A stretch of 64,000 nucleotides of DNA, taken from Gammaproteobacteria bacterium. GTDB taxonomy: Bacteria > Pseudomonadota > Gammaproteobacteria > Steroidobacterales > JBCCMA01. The stretch lies in assembly GCA_045106455.1 (NCBI GenBank), contig JBGCEL010000010.1, forward strand, positions 116,878-180,877, written 5' to 3'. This document shows, one piece after another, positions 47,277-56,099 of this stretch (position 1 is the first letter of the stretch; each line of letters begins with the position of its first letter). The notes under the pieces were generated by a model. That model did no database searches. It saw only the letters and a list, made by a program, of their open reading frames with translations, and was not told the origin of the DNA. The translations under genes were made by a program, and so were the position numbers.

Positions 47277-49657
47277 CCGTTCGCGTACGCCATCACGCCC
47301 GCCGCCGCTGCCACGCCACTTTGCCACGCACTTTCGACACGCGAGCGGCCAGCGCAGGCATCACCGGCAAGCCAAACACCACGGTCCAGATGCCGCGCGG
47401 GCGATGACGGCTTGCTCATCATTTTGATCCGGGCATAGCGCCATCTGTGGCCCACCGCGTCCAATGCCGCCGGCAGTTCCGGCATGACTTTCTGGAACTG
47501 CACTGCGAGCGCTTGCGCGATGTCCGGCCGCGCGTCATCCAAATGACGTTCAGACCAGGCCGGTGTCGCATGCACAATCCAGTGCGACAAACCCGGCGTA
47601 ACGCGTCGACCGGGCTTGGACGAATCGCAGGCAACCCACGCAATTATCTCATCGTCCACCGAGGCCGCATCCATCGGGGCGTCAACCTGCGGCAGCGTGA
47701 GCATCGCGGCATGACAGGGCATGTATTGAAGGTTGGGCAACGGTGCGCGCAGTGACAGGTTCGCTGAATTCAGAAGCAAGGTGGCCTGCGGCAACGGCAG
47801 GGTCAAAATTACCTGATCAAAACGCTCGCCCTGCACTTCCCAGCCGCCATCAAGAGCCTCAAGCGAAGTCACTTCGGTACGCGTGCGTACGTCCAGCTCC
47901 GCAGACAAGTATTGGCAGATCGCGTTCATGCCAGGGACCGCCGTCATACGCCGGGCGGCCTCGGCCGGCCGCATTCCAGACAGAGCATCGATCTGCACCA
48001 GCGATTGCGGCCACGGCGCCACCAGACCGTCTTCTTCCCACGCGTCGACACGCCGCTTAAACGACGCATCGCGCACCGTAAAATACTGCGCCCCGTGATC
48101 GAAATTCCCGGCATCGGCACGGCGCGTTGACATTCGCCCACCGACCCCGCGCCCCTTATCCATGACCACAACCTGATGACCGTGATCAGCCAACGTGCGC
48201 GCGGCCGCCAATCCGCTGATTCCGGCACCAACCACGGCAATCCGCTGCGTCTTGCCCGCGGCACCATCCGTGCGCTGCGCCCAACGCGCCTGATCCAGAC
48301 GTTTTGCGTGGGCACTGATCGAACGCGGGCGTACCGTGCCCAGTATCGCGACGGCCGGTTTAAACGGCCGGTCAAACTGACCCAGCGCCCACAGCAAACC
48401 GCCGTAGCTATTGGGGTCACTCCCATCAAGCGCGTAGCGATGATTCAGGTCCAACAGCATGGCCAGAGCGCGTTCCGGCGACGGCGTCCACTGCAGCAGC
48501 TGCTTGGCCCAGGTCATGCGTACGTTGTTGTGCAGCTCACCGTGAATCAGAAGCGAGCGCTGCGCCTGATCCCATAAAGGCTCGCCCGTGCGCGCATGCG
48601 CCAGAGTGTCCCAGGATTTAAGGGCCGGGCGCGGATCGTCGCGATGGGCCTGCAATGTCTCGCGTGCCCACTGTGGAATGGCCGTCAGCGTGTCGAGCTG
48701 CGGCGTGTGAAAACAAAAGTTGTGCGCCAGCTCGCGCCACACAAACAACTCATCCAAATATTTATCCGCCCCGCTGCCACCGTGCGCCGCTGCTTCTCGC
48801 GCCACGCGCAGCGGTGAGATGCAGCCGTAATGCAAATAAGGCGACAGGCGACTCACGCCACGCGGCGGTGGCTCGGCGGCATCGTTGCGCCGGCGGTCGT
48901 AGTCGTTCAGGCCGTGATCGAAAAACGTCTGCCAACGTGCCTGCGCCGCTACGCCGCCGCCGGGCGTGCCCCAGACCGGCGCGACACTGTGGTCGATGTC
49001 ACACCGGGCAATCGCGGCCAGCAGATCCGCATCACTTTGTGCCACGTTGAAGGCGCCGGCCATCAGCGCATCTTCTGCCTGCGGCAGTTCAATCGAGCAT
49101 GACGGATACGCGGACTGCAGGCGCGCCGCGTAGTCTTCCGCCGTCGCTTTGCGAAATGCGAAAGCTCGATCATAACGCTTGCGCACGCTTTGCATGGGCA
49201 CGATGCAACGTGCATCTACGGCGACTACGGGCGCATTTATTTGCGCCGCCAACGCCGCCTGCCACTGCGGAAACGGCGCAACCGGCATTTCTTCGACCAC
49301 AAGCATGGTCGCGCGTCGGGCCCAATCCATAACGCGGCCGTGTTGCTGCGCATCCAGATGAAAACGATGAGCTACACCAATTTGCGCCAGATCACTGGCG
49401 ACGTCACGCGCCGCTTGCAACGCGAAAAAATGATGCCGATCGTTGCTGTACTGATGCGCACCGCCCAAACCCTGCACCACCAACAAGGGTTTGCTTTGTT
49501 CACAAGCTATATGCCGCGCCACGTCCAGAGCCGGATTTTCATCGACGCGTTGAGCGTGATGCATCCAGTACACAACGCAGTCCCCGACAGGCACGGCACG
49601 ATCCGCGAGCACGCGCACCCGCTCGCGCAGATGCGCCGGCAGCGTCTCCATCATCAT
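47273..49657 (-). CDS. Fusion protein: class-II-like CPD photolyase + NAD(P)/FAD-dependent (amine-oxidase/renalase-like) oxidoreductase
   Basis: N-terminal ~470 aa: VVYWMHHAQRVDENPAL, DELFVWRELAHNF and NNVRMTWAKQLLQWT...YALDGSDPNSYGGLLWALGQFDRPF. C-terminal ~320 aa starts with the dinucleotide fold RIAVVGAGISGLAAARTLADHGHQVVVMDKGRGVGGR (nt ~48244 downward). The likely start is ATG 49657 (MMMETL), 1 nt after the upstream gene stop. Confidence 0.8.
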   Translation of the reverse strand: MMMETLPAHLRERVRVLADRAVPVGDCVVYWMHHAQRVDENPALDVARHIACEQSKPLLVVQGLGGAHQYSNDRHHFFALQAARDVASDLAQIGVAHRFHLDAQQHGRVMDWARRATMLVVEEMPVAPFPQWQAALAAQINAPVVAVDARCIVPMQSVRKRYDRAFAFRKATAEDYAARLQSAYPSCSIELPQAEDALMAGAFNVAQSDADLLAAIARCDIDHSVAPVWGTPGGGVAAQARWQTFFDHGLNDYDRRRNDAAEPPPRGVSRLSPYLHYGCISPLRVAREAAAHGGSGADKYLDELFVWRELAHNFCFHTPQLDTLTAIPQWARETLQAHRDDPRPALKSWDTLAHARTGEPLWDQAQRSLLIHGELHNNVRMTWAKQLLQWTPSPERALAMLLDLNHRYALDGSDPNSYGGLLWALGQFDRPFKPAVAILGTVRPRSISAHAKRLDQARWAQRTDGAAGKTQRIAVVGAGISGLAAARTLADHGHQVVVMDKGRGVGGRMSTRRADAGNFDHGAQYFTVRDASFKRRVDAWEEDGLVAPWPQSLVQIDALSGMRPAEAARRMTAVPGMNAICQYLSAELDVRTRTEVTSLEALDGGWEVQGERFDQVILTLPLPQATLLLNSANLSLRAPLPNLQYMPCHAAMLTLPQVDAPMDAASVDDEIIAWVACDSSKPGRRVTPGLSHWIVHATPAWSERHLDDARPDIAQALAVQFQKVMPELPAALDAVGHRWRYARIKMMSKPSSPARHLDRGVWLAGDACAGRSRVESAWQSGVAAAAGVMAYANG

Positions 49658-49658
49658 C

Positions 49659-49988
49659 TCAACCGTGCCCAACAGGCGTGGTGTGTGACGATCCGCTCGC
49701 GGCACTGGTCAACGCGGTTTCCACAAGGGTCATCACCAGGTCAGCGAGCTGATCTTTTTGCATGGGAATCATGTGCGCACGCACCGCCAATGCCATGGCC
49801 ATCCCCTGCAGCAAATCCCCATTGCCGGTATCACCGGTAAGCGTCACCTCGCGATCGACGGTTTCGAGCACGGCACTGAGCACCTGCGCCACGCGCACGG
49901 CGGACTGGGTTTGTTCGTGCAATTTGAATTCGACATCGAGCATCTCACCGCTGCGCGTGGTGGCTCGATAGGGAAGTGACTTGGGCAT
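49659..49988 (-). CDS. Hypothetical protein, first gene of the photolyase operon
   Basis: 109-aa ORF. AGGAGA lies 5 nt upstream of ATG 49988. No family recognised. Confidence 0.5.
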   Translation of the reverse strand: MPKSLPYRATTRSGEMLDVEFKLHEQTQSAVRVAQVLSAVLETVDREVTLTGDTGNGDLLQGMAMALAVRAHMIPMQKDQLADLVMTLVETALTSAASGSSHTTPVGHG

Positions 49989-50029
49989 AACCGTCTCCTG
50001 CTTGACGCGAATTTATTCGCGCCGCCGGC

Positions 50030-50920
50030 TCACCCGGATGATGCGCGACGCGTAGGCCAGGTAACAATCGCTACCCCCGCAACGATGACGGCCATGCCGA
50101 ACCACTGCAAAGACGTGAGTTTCTCATGCAGCCACCACCATCCCGCGATGGTGGCGACCACCGGCACCATATAAGACACCATACCAAGCGTCGCCGGCTT
50201 GGCACGCGGCACCATCCACAAGTAGGCAGAATAGGCCACACACGAACCCATGATAGTCAGGTACCACAGCGAGCCGCTCGCGGCGGGTGTCATTTGCCAG
50301 CGCGGCAGCTCGCCGATGGCGATACCCAAGATGCACATGATGCCGCCACCCACGACCATTTGCGCCGCGGCAAACGGTACATCGCGCGTCTGCATGGTGG
50401 CGTTGCGCAGAATGATGGCCGCGATCGCCCATGACAAACTCGAACCGAGTGCCGCCAGCTGGGCCCACACCAGTTCCGATGTATAGGCGTCATCGCGCCA
50501 GAACATCAATGCCGTGCCGATCAATCCGATGCCGATGCCCAGCGACACCCGCAGCGTCAAGGGCACGCCTTTGGGACCCAGCGTGCCGAAAAGGGCAAGC
50601 CACAGCGCCGATGCGGTCACCAGCAACGCCGCCTGATTCGACGGCAACCACTGTTCGGCCCACGTCAGCAACCCGTTGCCACCGACGATCATCAGCACGG
50701 CGGTAACCACCACCACATTCCAATCGTACCGCGTGCGCGGCAATGGCTGGCCCAGCAGTCGCGACACCACGAGCATCACCAAGCCCGCCAGCAAAAAGCG
50801 CACGCCGCCAAATAGCGCCGGTGGCAAATCCGCGACGCCCACGCGGATCGCCATAAACGTGGTGCCCCAGACCGCGTTGACCAGAAGGAACGCGGCAAGC
50901 AGTCCGTAGCGAGCGTTCAC
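50030..50920 (-). CDS. EamA/DMT-family transporter
   Basis: 296 aa with about 10 TM segments and the duplicated EamA architecture. Confidence 0.85.
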   Translation of the reverse strand: MNARYGLLAAFLLVNAVWGTTFMAIRVGVADLPPALFGGVRFLLAGLVMLVVSRLLGQPLPRTRYDWNVVVVTAVLMIVGGNGLLTWAEQWLPSNQAALLVTASALWLALFGTLGPKGVPLTLRVSLGIGIGLIGTALMFWRDDAYTSELVWAQLAALGSSLSWAIAAIILRNATMQTRDVPFAAAQMVVGGGIMCILGIAIGELPRWQMTPAASGSLWYLTIMGSCVAYSAYLWMVPRAKPATLGMVSYMVPVVATIAGWWWLHEKLTSLQWFGMAVIVAGVAIVTWPTRRASSG

Positions 50921-50926
50921 CCGCGG

Positions 50927-52753
50927 CTACCAGCCGCAGCTGCGTCCCTCGTTTTGCTCTTCGAGCCAACCCATCAGCGGCGCGAAATAATCGATAATGG
51001 CCGAACCGTCCATGGTGCGTTGCCCGGTGAGTTTTTCAAATGCATCGGGCCACGGCTGGCTGCTGCCCATCGCCAGCATGTCCATGAAGCGCTGGCCGGC
51101 CTCTTCGTTGCCGTAAATCGAACACTCGTGCAGCGGCACATCGCTGTCCATGCCCTCGCACAGCGCTTTATGGAATTGGAACTGCAGAATGAACGACAGA
51201 AAATAGCGCGTGTACGGCGTGTTGCCCGGCACGTGGTATTTCGCACCCGGATCAAAATTTTCTTCGCTGCGCTCAAGCGGTGGCGTGATGCCCTGATACT
51301 TGGTCCGTAACGTCCACCAGTCGCCGTTGTAACGCGCAGGCGGCGTCTTGCCCGAGAACACGCCCCAGCGCCACTGATCGACCAGCTTGCCAAACGGCAA
51401 GAACGCGATTTTCTCCAACGCCATTTTCATCTGCTGATTAATGACCGCTTCATTGCTGGCTTCGACGTCGCCCACCAAACCAATTTTGTTCAGGTAATCG
51501 GGTGTCATCGACAGCACGATGGTGTCACCGATGGCCTCATGGAATCCGTCGTGCGCGCCGTCTTGAAAAAGTGCCGGCTGGTCTTGGTAAATCAGAAAGT
51601 AATAGATGTGACCCAATTCGTGATAAATGGTGGTCAGGAATTCCTCCGTCGGTTCGATGCACATTTTGATGCGCACATCTTCTTTGCCATCGATGGGCCA
51701 GGCGCTGGCGTGACACACCACATCGCGATCAGCGGGCTTGATGAGCATTGAGCGCTCCCAAAACGATGCCGGCAACTTGGGCATTCCAAGCGAGGTGAAA
51801 AACGTTTCGGCCTGCTCGACCATTTTCACCGCATCGTAACCTTGCTCAACAAGCGCGCCGGACACATCCAAATTGGCCGCGCCGGGATAAGGCTCCAGCA
51901 AATCGTAGATATTGTTCCACTGCTGCGACCACATATTGCCCAGCAGGTGTGCCGGTATCGGGCCGTCCTGGGGCACTTTGTCGGTACCGTACTGCTCGCC
52001 AAGCTTGGCCCGCACGTGACAATGCAGCGCTTCATAAAGCGGCTTTACCTGGCCCCAGAGCCGCTCAGCTTCTTGCTCAAAGTCATCACTGGGCATGTCG
52101 TAGCCGGCTTTCCACAGATCGCCGAGGTTGTCGTAGCCCAACTCTTTGGCGCCCATCGCGGTGAGCTGTGCAAAGCGCTCATACAGCGGGCGAATGGGCG
52201 GCGAAATCGTGCGCCAACCCTGCCAGGCTTCGAGCAGCTCATCATAATCACGCACGGTCGCGAGCGTGGTTTCCAGTTCGTTCAGCGACAGGCAGCTGTT
52301 CTCCCCATTCGGGCAGTATTTGCCCTTGCCATACATCGAATCCATTTCCACCGCGAGACGCGCGAGCTCGGCACGCAATGCAGGATCATTGGGAGCGGGC
52401 ATGGACGAGCCGAGTTTGATTAAGTCAATGGCTCGGGCGGTCGCACCGGACAGCGGTACGTCATTGAACTGTTTGGCTTCTTCAATAATGCGGCTATTAA
52501 ATGCCAGCGCTTTTTCATTGCCTTCAGCGGCACGGGCAACCGTCTCGTCCGTAATGTTCGTGGCACGCGCCCACTCAAGTTTGGACAGTTCGAGATTGAG
52601 TACGGCCAGTTCCGCATTAACACCGTCGACGTAGTCCGCCGCGGCAGCGGATGACCCCACCTCGCGAGCCTTTTCTGGTGGGCTGGTTTCGGTAGCATCC
52701 GAGCAACCGAACAACACGATCATGATCAGACCGGATAACATTCTTGAATTCAT
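50927..52753 (-). CDS. M2-family peptidyl-dipeptidase (angiotensin-converting-enzyme-like), probable lipoprotein
   Basis: Zinc site HELGHIYY plus the downstream HEAIGD. ATG 52753 gives MNSRMLSGLIMIVLFGCSD (lipobox LFGC). The track ORF start 52804 is the alternative. Confidence 0.85.
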   Translation of the reverse strand: MNSRMLSGLIMIVLFGCSDATETSPPEKAREVGSSAAAADYVDGVNAELAVLNLELSKLEWARATNITDETVARAAEGNEKALAFNSRIIEEAKQFNDVPLSGATARAIDLIKLGSSMPAPNDPALRAELARLAVEMDSMYGKGKYCPNGENSCLSLNELETTLATVRDYDELLEAWQGWRTISPPIRPLYERFAQLTAMGAKELGYDNLGDLWKAGYDMPSDDFEQEAERLWGQVKPLYEALHCHVRAKLGEQYGTDKVPQDGPIPAHLLGNMWSQQWNNIYDLLEPYPGAANLDVSGALVEQGYDAVKMVEQAETFFTSLGMPKLPASFWERSMLIKPADRDVVCHASAWPIDGKEDVRIKMCIEPTEEFLTTIYHELGHIYYFLIYQDQPALFQDGAHDGFHEAIGDTIVLSMTPDYLNKIGLVGDVEASNEAVINQQMKMALEKIAFLPFGKLVDQWRWGVFSGKTPPARYNGDWWTLRTKYQGITPPLERSEENFDPGAKYHVPGNTPYTRYFLSFILQFQFHKALCEGMDSDVPLHECSIYGNEEAGQRFMDMLAMGSSQPWPDAFEKLTGQRTMDGSAIIDYFAPLMGWLEEQNEGRSCGW

Positions 52754-52964
52754 AGACACTCTCGGAGTTTTCTTCTTAATGTGCGCGGACGCTGCGAACG
52801 CCACGGTTTACGGGGATTGCCCGGTTGAGTCAAATTTGCTGCAGCGCCGCACCAGCGACGGACATTGGTAGCAATTACGAAGCGCTACGTATATTATTAA
52901 ACACCTGCGGTTACGGCGCGCTAGCGAAGCGCATGCCGCCCGCTTTGCAACCCTGGACGACACT

Positions 52965-53225
52965 ATGAAAATACCCGCACTCATGCTCATCAGCACCCTG
53001 ATTCTCGGCTGCAGCACATCGGGATATTACGTTCCCACAGCGCAATCCGAACGTCGTGACCAGACGCCGGATCTGGTAGAGACCGGCAGCCGAATTCCCA
53101 GCGGCGAAAAACAAGCCGTGCGCGATTCCACGCAAGCCGTCGACGTCTACAGTGAGCAAGAACTCAAAGACGATCGCCCGGCCAACACGCGGGACGCGGT
53201 CAAGCGCGCGCTGCGCGGACGCTAA
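52965..53225 (+). CDS. Small putative lipoprotein
   Basis: 86 aa; MKIPALMLISTLILGCSTSG is a signal peptide with a lipobox. The remainder is hydrophilic. Confidence 0.5.
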   Translation: MKIPALMLISTLILGCSTSGYYVPTAQSERRDQTPDLVETGSRIPSGEKQAVRDSTQAVDVYSEQELKDDRPANTRDAVKRALRGR

Positions 53226-53284
53226 TCCGGGCGGCCAAACGGTTGTCGTATACTGGGCCCTGTCGATATCCTCGGGAGCCCGCT

Positions 53285-53791
53285 ATGCGCGCCATTTTCT
53301 TTGCTTTTATTTTCGCCGTTTTAGTCGCCACCACGCCCGTCGAGGCGGACGAATCCACGCGCGACGTTTTCCAGCAAATTGGCGGCAAGTGGATTGAGCG
53401 TTACCTGGCTGAAGATCTCGATGGCTTGATGGCCCTGTACACCGACGACGCCAAAGTGATGTTGCATGGCCAGCCGGCCATGACTGGCAAGGCCGACATT
53501 CGCGAGTTCTTTGCCGCGAGCCTCGGCACCGCGCGGGTCACGTTCGACATCGACGTGGAGCGCGCCGAAATCCACGGCCGCATGGCTTATCTGATCAGCA
53601 AATACTGGATGTCCGTGACACCGCACGGCAGCACCGAAACCATCACTGACGTTGGACGCTCGTTGCTCATTTACAAGCAGGAAAAAGACGGCGAGTGGCG
53701 CATTCACGCCGACATTGATCAGGCGACGCCGGATGTTACCTGGCCACCCAACGGCGACGTCGAGCGCGCCCAAAAACAACCGAGTTCTTAG
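53285..53791 (+). CDS. Secreted SnoaL-like / DUF4440 (NTF2-fold) protein
   Basis: ATG 53285 preceded by GGGAG. It has a signal peptide (MRAIFFAFIFAVLVATTPVEA) and ...YTDDAKVMLHGQPAMTGKADIREFF...WRIHADI.... Confidence 0.62.
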   Translation: MRAIFFAFIFAVLVATTPVEADESTRDVFQQIGGKWIERYLAEDLDGLMALYTDDAKVMLHGQPAMTGKADIREFFAASLGTARVTFDIDVERAEIHGRMAYLISKYWMSVTPHGSTETITDVGRSLLIYKQEKDGEWRIHADIDQATPDVTWPPNGDVERAQKQPSS

Positions 53792-54564
53792 TCGGCGGCC
53801 GTACTGTCGCTGGCGTCGTCCGGCTTTTTCGCCGGCACCAGTCGCTTGGCCATAAAAATTCCGACCTCAAACAGCAGGTACATCGGAATGGCCAGAAGGG
53901 TTTGTGAAATAAAATCCGGTGGCGTGAGGAACATACCCAATACGAACGCACCGAGCACGACGTAGGCGCGCTTCTCCGCCAGCTTCTCGGGCGTGACAAA
54001 ACCGCTCCACACGAGCAGCAAGATAGCGACCGGCACCTCGAAGGCCAAACCAAACGCAAAGAACAATGCGAGCATGAAATCCAGATAGCTCGTCATGTCG
54101 GTCTGCATTTCAACGCCGGCTGGTGTGTAACTCACCAGAAACTCAAAGACCAACGGAAACACGACGAAGTAGGCAAACGCGACGCCAACATAGAACAAAA
54201 GCGTGCTGGAAATCATCAACGGCACAACCAGCCGCTTCTCTTTGAGATACAGACCGGGCGCAACAAACGCCCAGGTTTGATGGAGCGTGACGGGAATCGT
54301 GATGAACACGGCCGCAAGAAAGGCGAGTTTGAAAGGCGCCAACACGGGCGCCCCTACCTGCGTCGCAAGCATGCCCTCAGGCAGCTTTTCCATGAGCGGA
54401 CGCGCGGCCACGGTAAACATCTTATTCGCAAACGGCGCCATTAGAACAAACACGCCAAGGGTGGCAAACACAATGCGCATCAAACGCGTGCGCAATTCAA
54501 GCAGATGCGCCATCAGCGTCTGCGGCTCTCCCCCATCGTCCTCGGCGGGGATCTGCTCAGCCAC
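53788..54564 (-). CDS. tatC: Twin-arginine translocase subunit TatC
   Basis: 258 aa, 6 TM segments, with HLLELRTRL near the N-terminus. Confidence 0.93.
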   Translation of the reverse strand: MAEQIPAEDDGGEPQTLMAHLLELRTRLMRIVFATLGVFVLMAPFANKMFTVAARPLMEKLPEGMLATQVGAPVLAPFKLAFLAAVFITIPVTLHQTWAFVAPGLYLKEKRLVVPLMISSTLLFYVGVAFAYFVVFPLVFEFLVSYTPAGVEMQTDMTSYLDFMLALFFAFGLAFEVPVAILLLVWSGFVTPEKLAEKRAYVVLGAFVLGMFLTPPDFISQTLLAIPMYLLFEVGIFMAKRLVPAKKPDDASDSTAAD

Positions 54565-54946
54565 CGGCTTTCTCTACTTTGGACGCGTCGGCGTCATCGT
54601 CGGCGTGAAAATCTTCGTCGAGATCTTCGGGATCGTCATCGTAGGACGCACCCGTGCGCTCGGGCAGCCGGCCATGCGTCGGCGGCGGCACGTCGGTCGC
54701 GGCCTCAGAAGGTGACTCGGGCGCGGATTCAGTGGCTGACGAACTGCCGTCACCGGCGATGTCTTTGCCGATGTTATTGACGTCGAGTTCCCGCTCAAGC
54801 TCGTACTGCATGGAGCGCGCCATCTGCCGTGCACGACCCAACCAGCGCCCGGCCGTCCGCGCCACCTCGGGCAGTCGCTCGGGTCCAAGCACGATTAGCG
54901 CGATCACAAAGATTAAGATGAGCTCGGCAAAGCCGACGTCAAACAT
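54557..54946 (-). CDS. tatB: Twin-arginine translocase subunit TatB
   Basis: 129 aa with [26 protein letters not shown]. Confidence 0.85.
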   Translation of the reverse strand: MFDVGFAELILIFVIALIVLGPERLPEVARTAGRWLGRARQMARSMQYELERELDVNNIGKDIAGDGSSSATESAPESPSEAATDVPPPTHGRLPERTGASYDDDPEDLDEDFHADDDADASKVEKAGG

Positions 54947-54993
54947 GAATCAGACCATCCAAAAATGACTGGGCGAGTGCCCGGCGCGCACGA

Positions 54994-55230
54994 TCAGGAG
55001 GTTTTGGTCGCATCCGCGGAGGTTTCCGCAGCGGACTCTTCCTTGTCGTCGGATTGGGTCAGACCCAGCGGGTCTTTGTCTTCATCATTCATGGCTTTGC
55101 GAAACCCCTTCACCGCGCCACCAACATCGGAGCCCAGCGAGCGAAGTTTTTTCGTACCAAAAATAAGCGCCACAATCAGCAGCACCACCAGAAGCTGAAA
55201 CGGGCCAATGTTCGCAAAACTCATGTTCAC
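54994..55230 (-). CDS. tatA: Twin-arginine translocase subunit TatA
   Basis: 78 aa with ...[27 protein letters not shown].... Confidence 0.88.
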   Translation of the reverse strand: MNMSFANIGPFQLLVVLLIVALIFGTKKLRSLGSDVGGAVKGFRKAMNDEDKDPLGLTQSDDKEESAAETSADATKTS

Positions 55231-55299
55231 TCTCCGCAGAAGGGGTCAATCGACAGTTCGTTAGTATACCAGTGCGCCATGTCTCGCAACGTCGGGGCG

Positions 55300-55752
55300 T
55301 CACGTTTTTTTTGCCGGCACCTGAAGCCAAAACGTAACAGGCCCGTCGTTCACCAGCGATACCGCCATATCTGCCGCATAGCGACCGGTTTGCACGCTCC
55401 CGAGGCGCTCACGGGCGGCCGTCACGGCCACCTCATAGAGAGCCCGCGCAGCCTCCGGTGCGCCGGCCTTCGAAAAGCTCGGCCGCGTGCCTTTACCCGT
55501 ATCCGCCACCAGTGTGAACTGAGAGACCAGCAGCAATTCGCCGCCGCTATCGAGCAGGCTCCGGTTCATTCGACCTTGTGCATCGCAAAAGATTCGATAA
55601 GTGACGATACGCTCAATCAGACGCTGTGCGATGGCCTCGTTGTCGGCCTGCTCCACCCCGATCAGGGCCAAAATACCCGGCCCGATGCGCCCGGTTACCT
55701 CTCCGGCCACCTCAACCTGTGCCTCTGAGACCCTCTGTATCAATGAAATCAA
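55300..55752 (-). CDS. dtd: D-aminoacyl-tRNA deacylase
   Basis: 150 aa with [15 protein letters not shown] and ...[15 protein letters not shown]... Confidence 0.92.
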   Translation of the reverse strand: MISLIQRVSEAQVEVAGEVTGRIGPGILALIGVEQADNEAIAQRLIERIVTYRIFCDAQGRMNRSLLDSGGELLLVSQFTLVADTGKGTRPSFSKAGAPEAARALYEVAVTAARERLGSVQTGRYAADMAVSLVNDGPVTFWLQVPAKKT

Positions 55753-55841
55753 TGTCTTATGACTACGTTGCTCGTAGGAAAAGTCTTACACGGGCCGTCG
55801 CATTCACCCGATACGGCTGTGGAACACTTGTATAGGATAAT

Positions 55842-55996
55842 GTACCAGAAGGCTGTTCATGGACTTTGAGTTGCAATCCCCGCATTGACGCGGGTCCGCT
55901 GCAGGACGATCAGGGAGACCGGGTCGCAAGTCAAGTTACTCAATCACCTTTAGCCAGGATGGCATTGAGCCCCGATCACAGATCGGGGCTTTTTTT
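55842..55996 (+). ncRNA. Candidate short terminated transcript (sRNA or cis-regulatory leader) upstream of the TRAP binding-protein gene
   Basis: A strong plus-strand intrinsic terminator sits at 55968-55996 with no plus-strand gene upstream (dtd is on the reverse strand). The 5' end is not determinable; a possible -10 GATAAT lies at 55836-55841. No known RNA family recognised. Confidence 0.35.
55968..55996 (+). terminator. Intrinsic terminator
   Basis: AGCCCCGATC-aca-GATCGGGGCT followed by T7 (stem about 10 bp). Confidence 0.8.
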
Positions 55997-56099
55997 ATGC
56001 TATTAATGCGCGTGATCCGTTCCGGCTAATAAAAGGTCCCGCCATGAATCAATCGTTCGCGCAGTTGTGCCAGTCCAACGTATCAACCGGTCGGTGGGC

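Noticed and set aside
55859-55888. Annotating the 9-codon mini-ORF MDFELQSPH as a gene.
   Set aside because: It is too short to support from sequence alone. It is kept only as a possible leader peptide within the candidate regulatory RNA finding.
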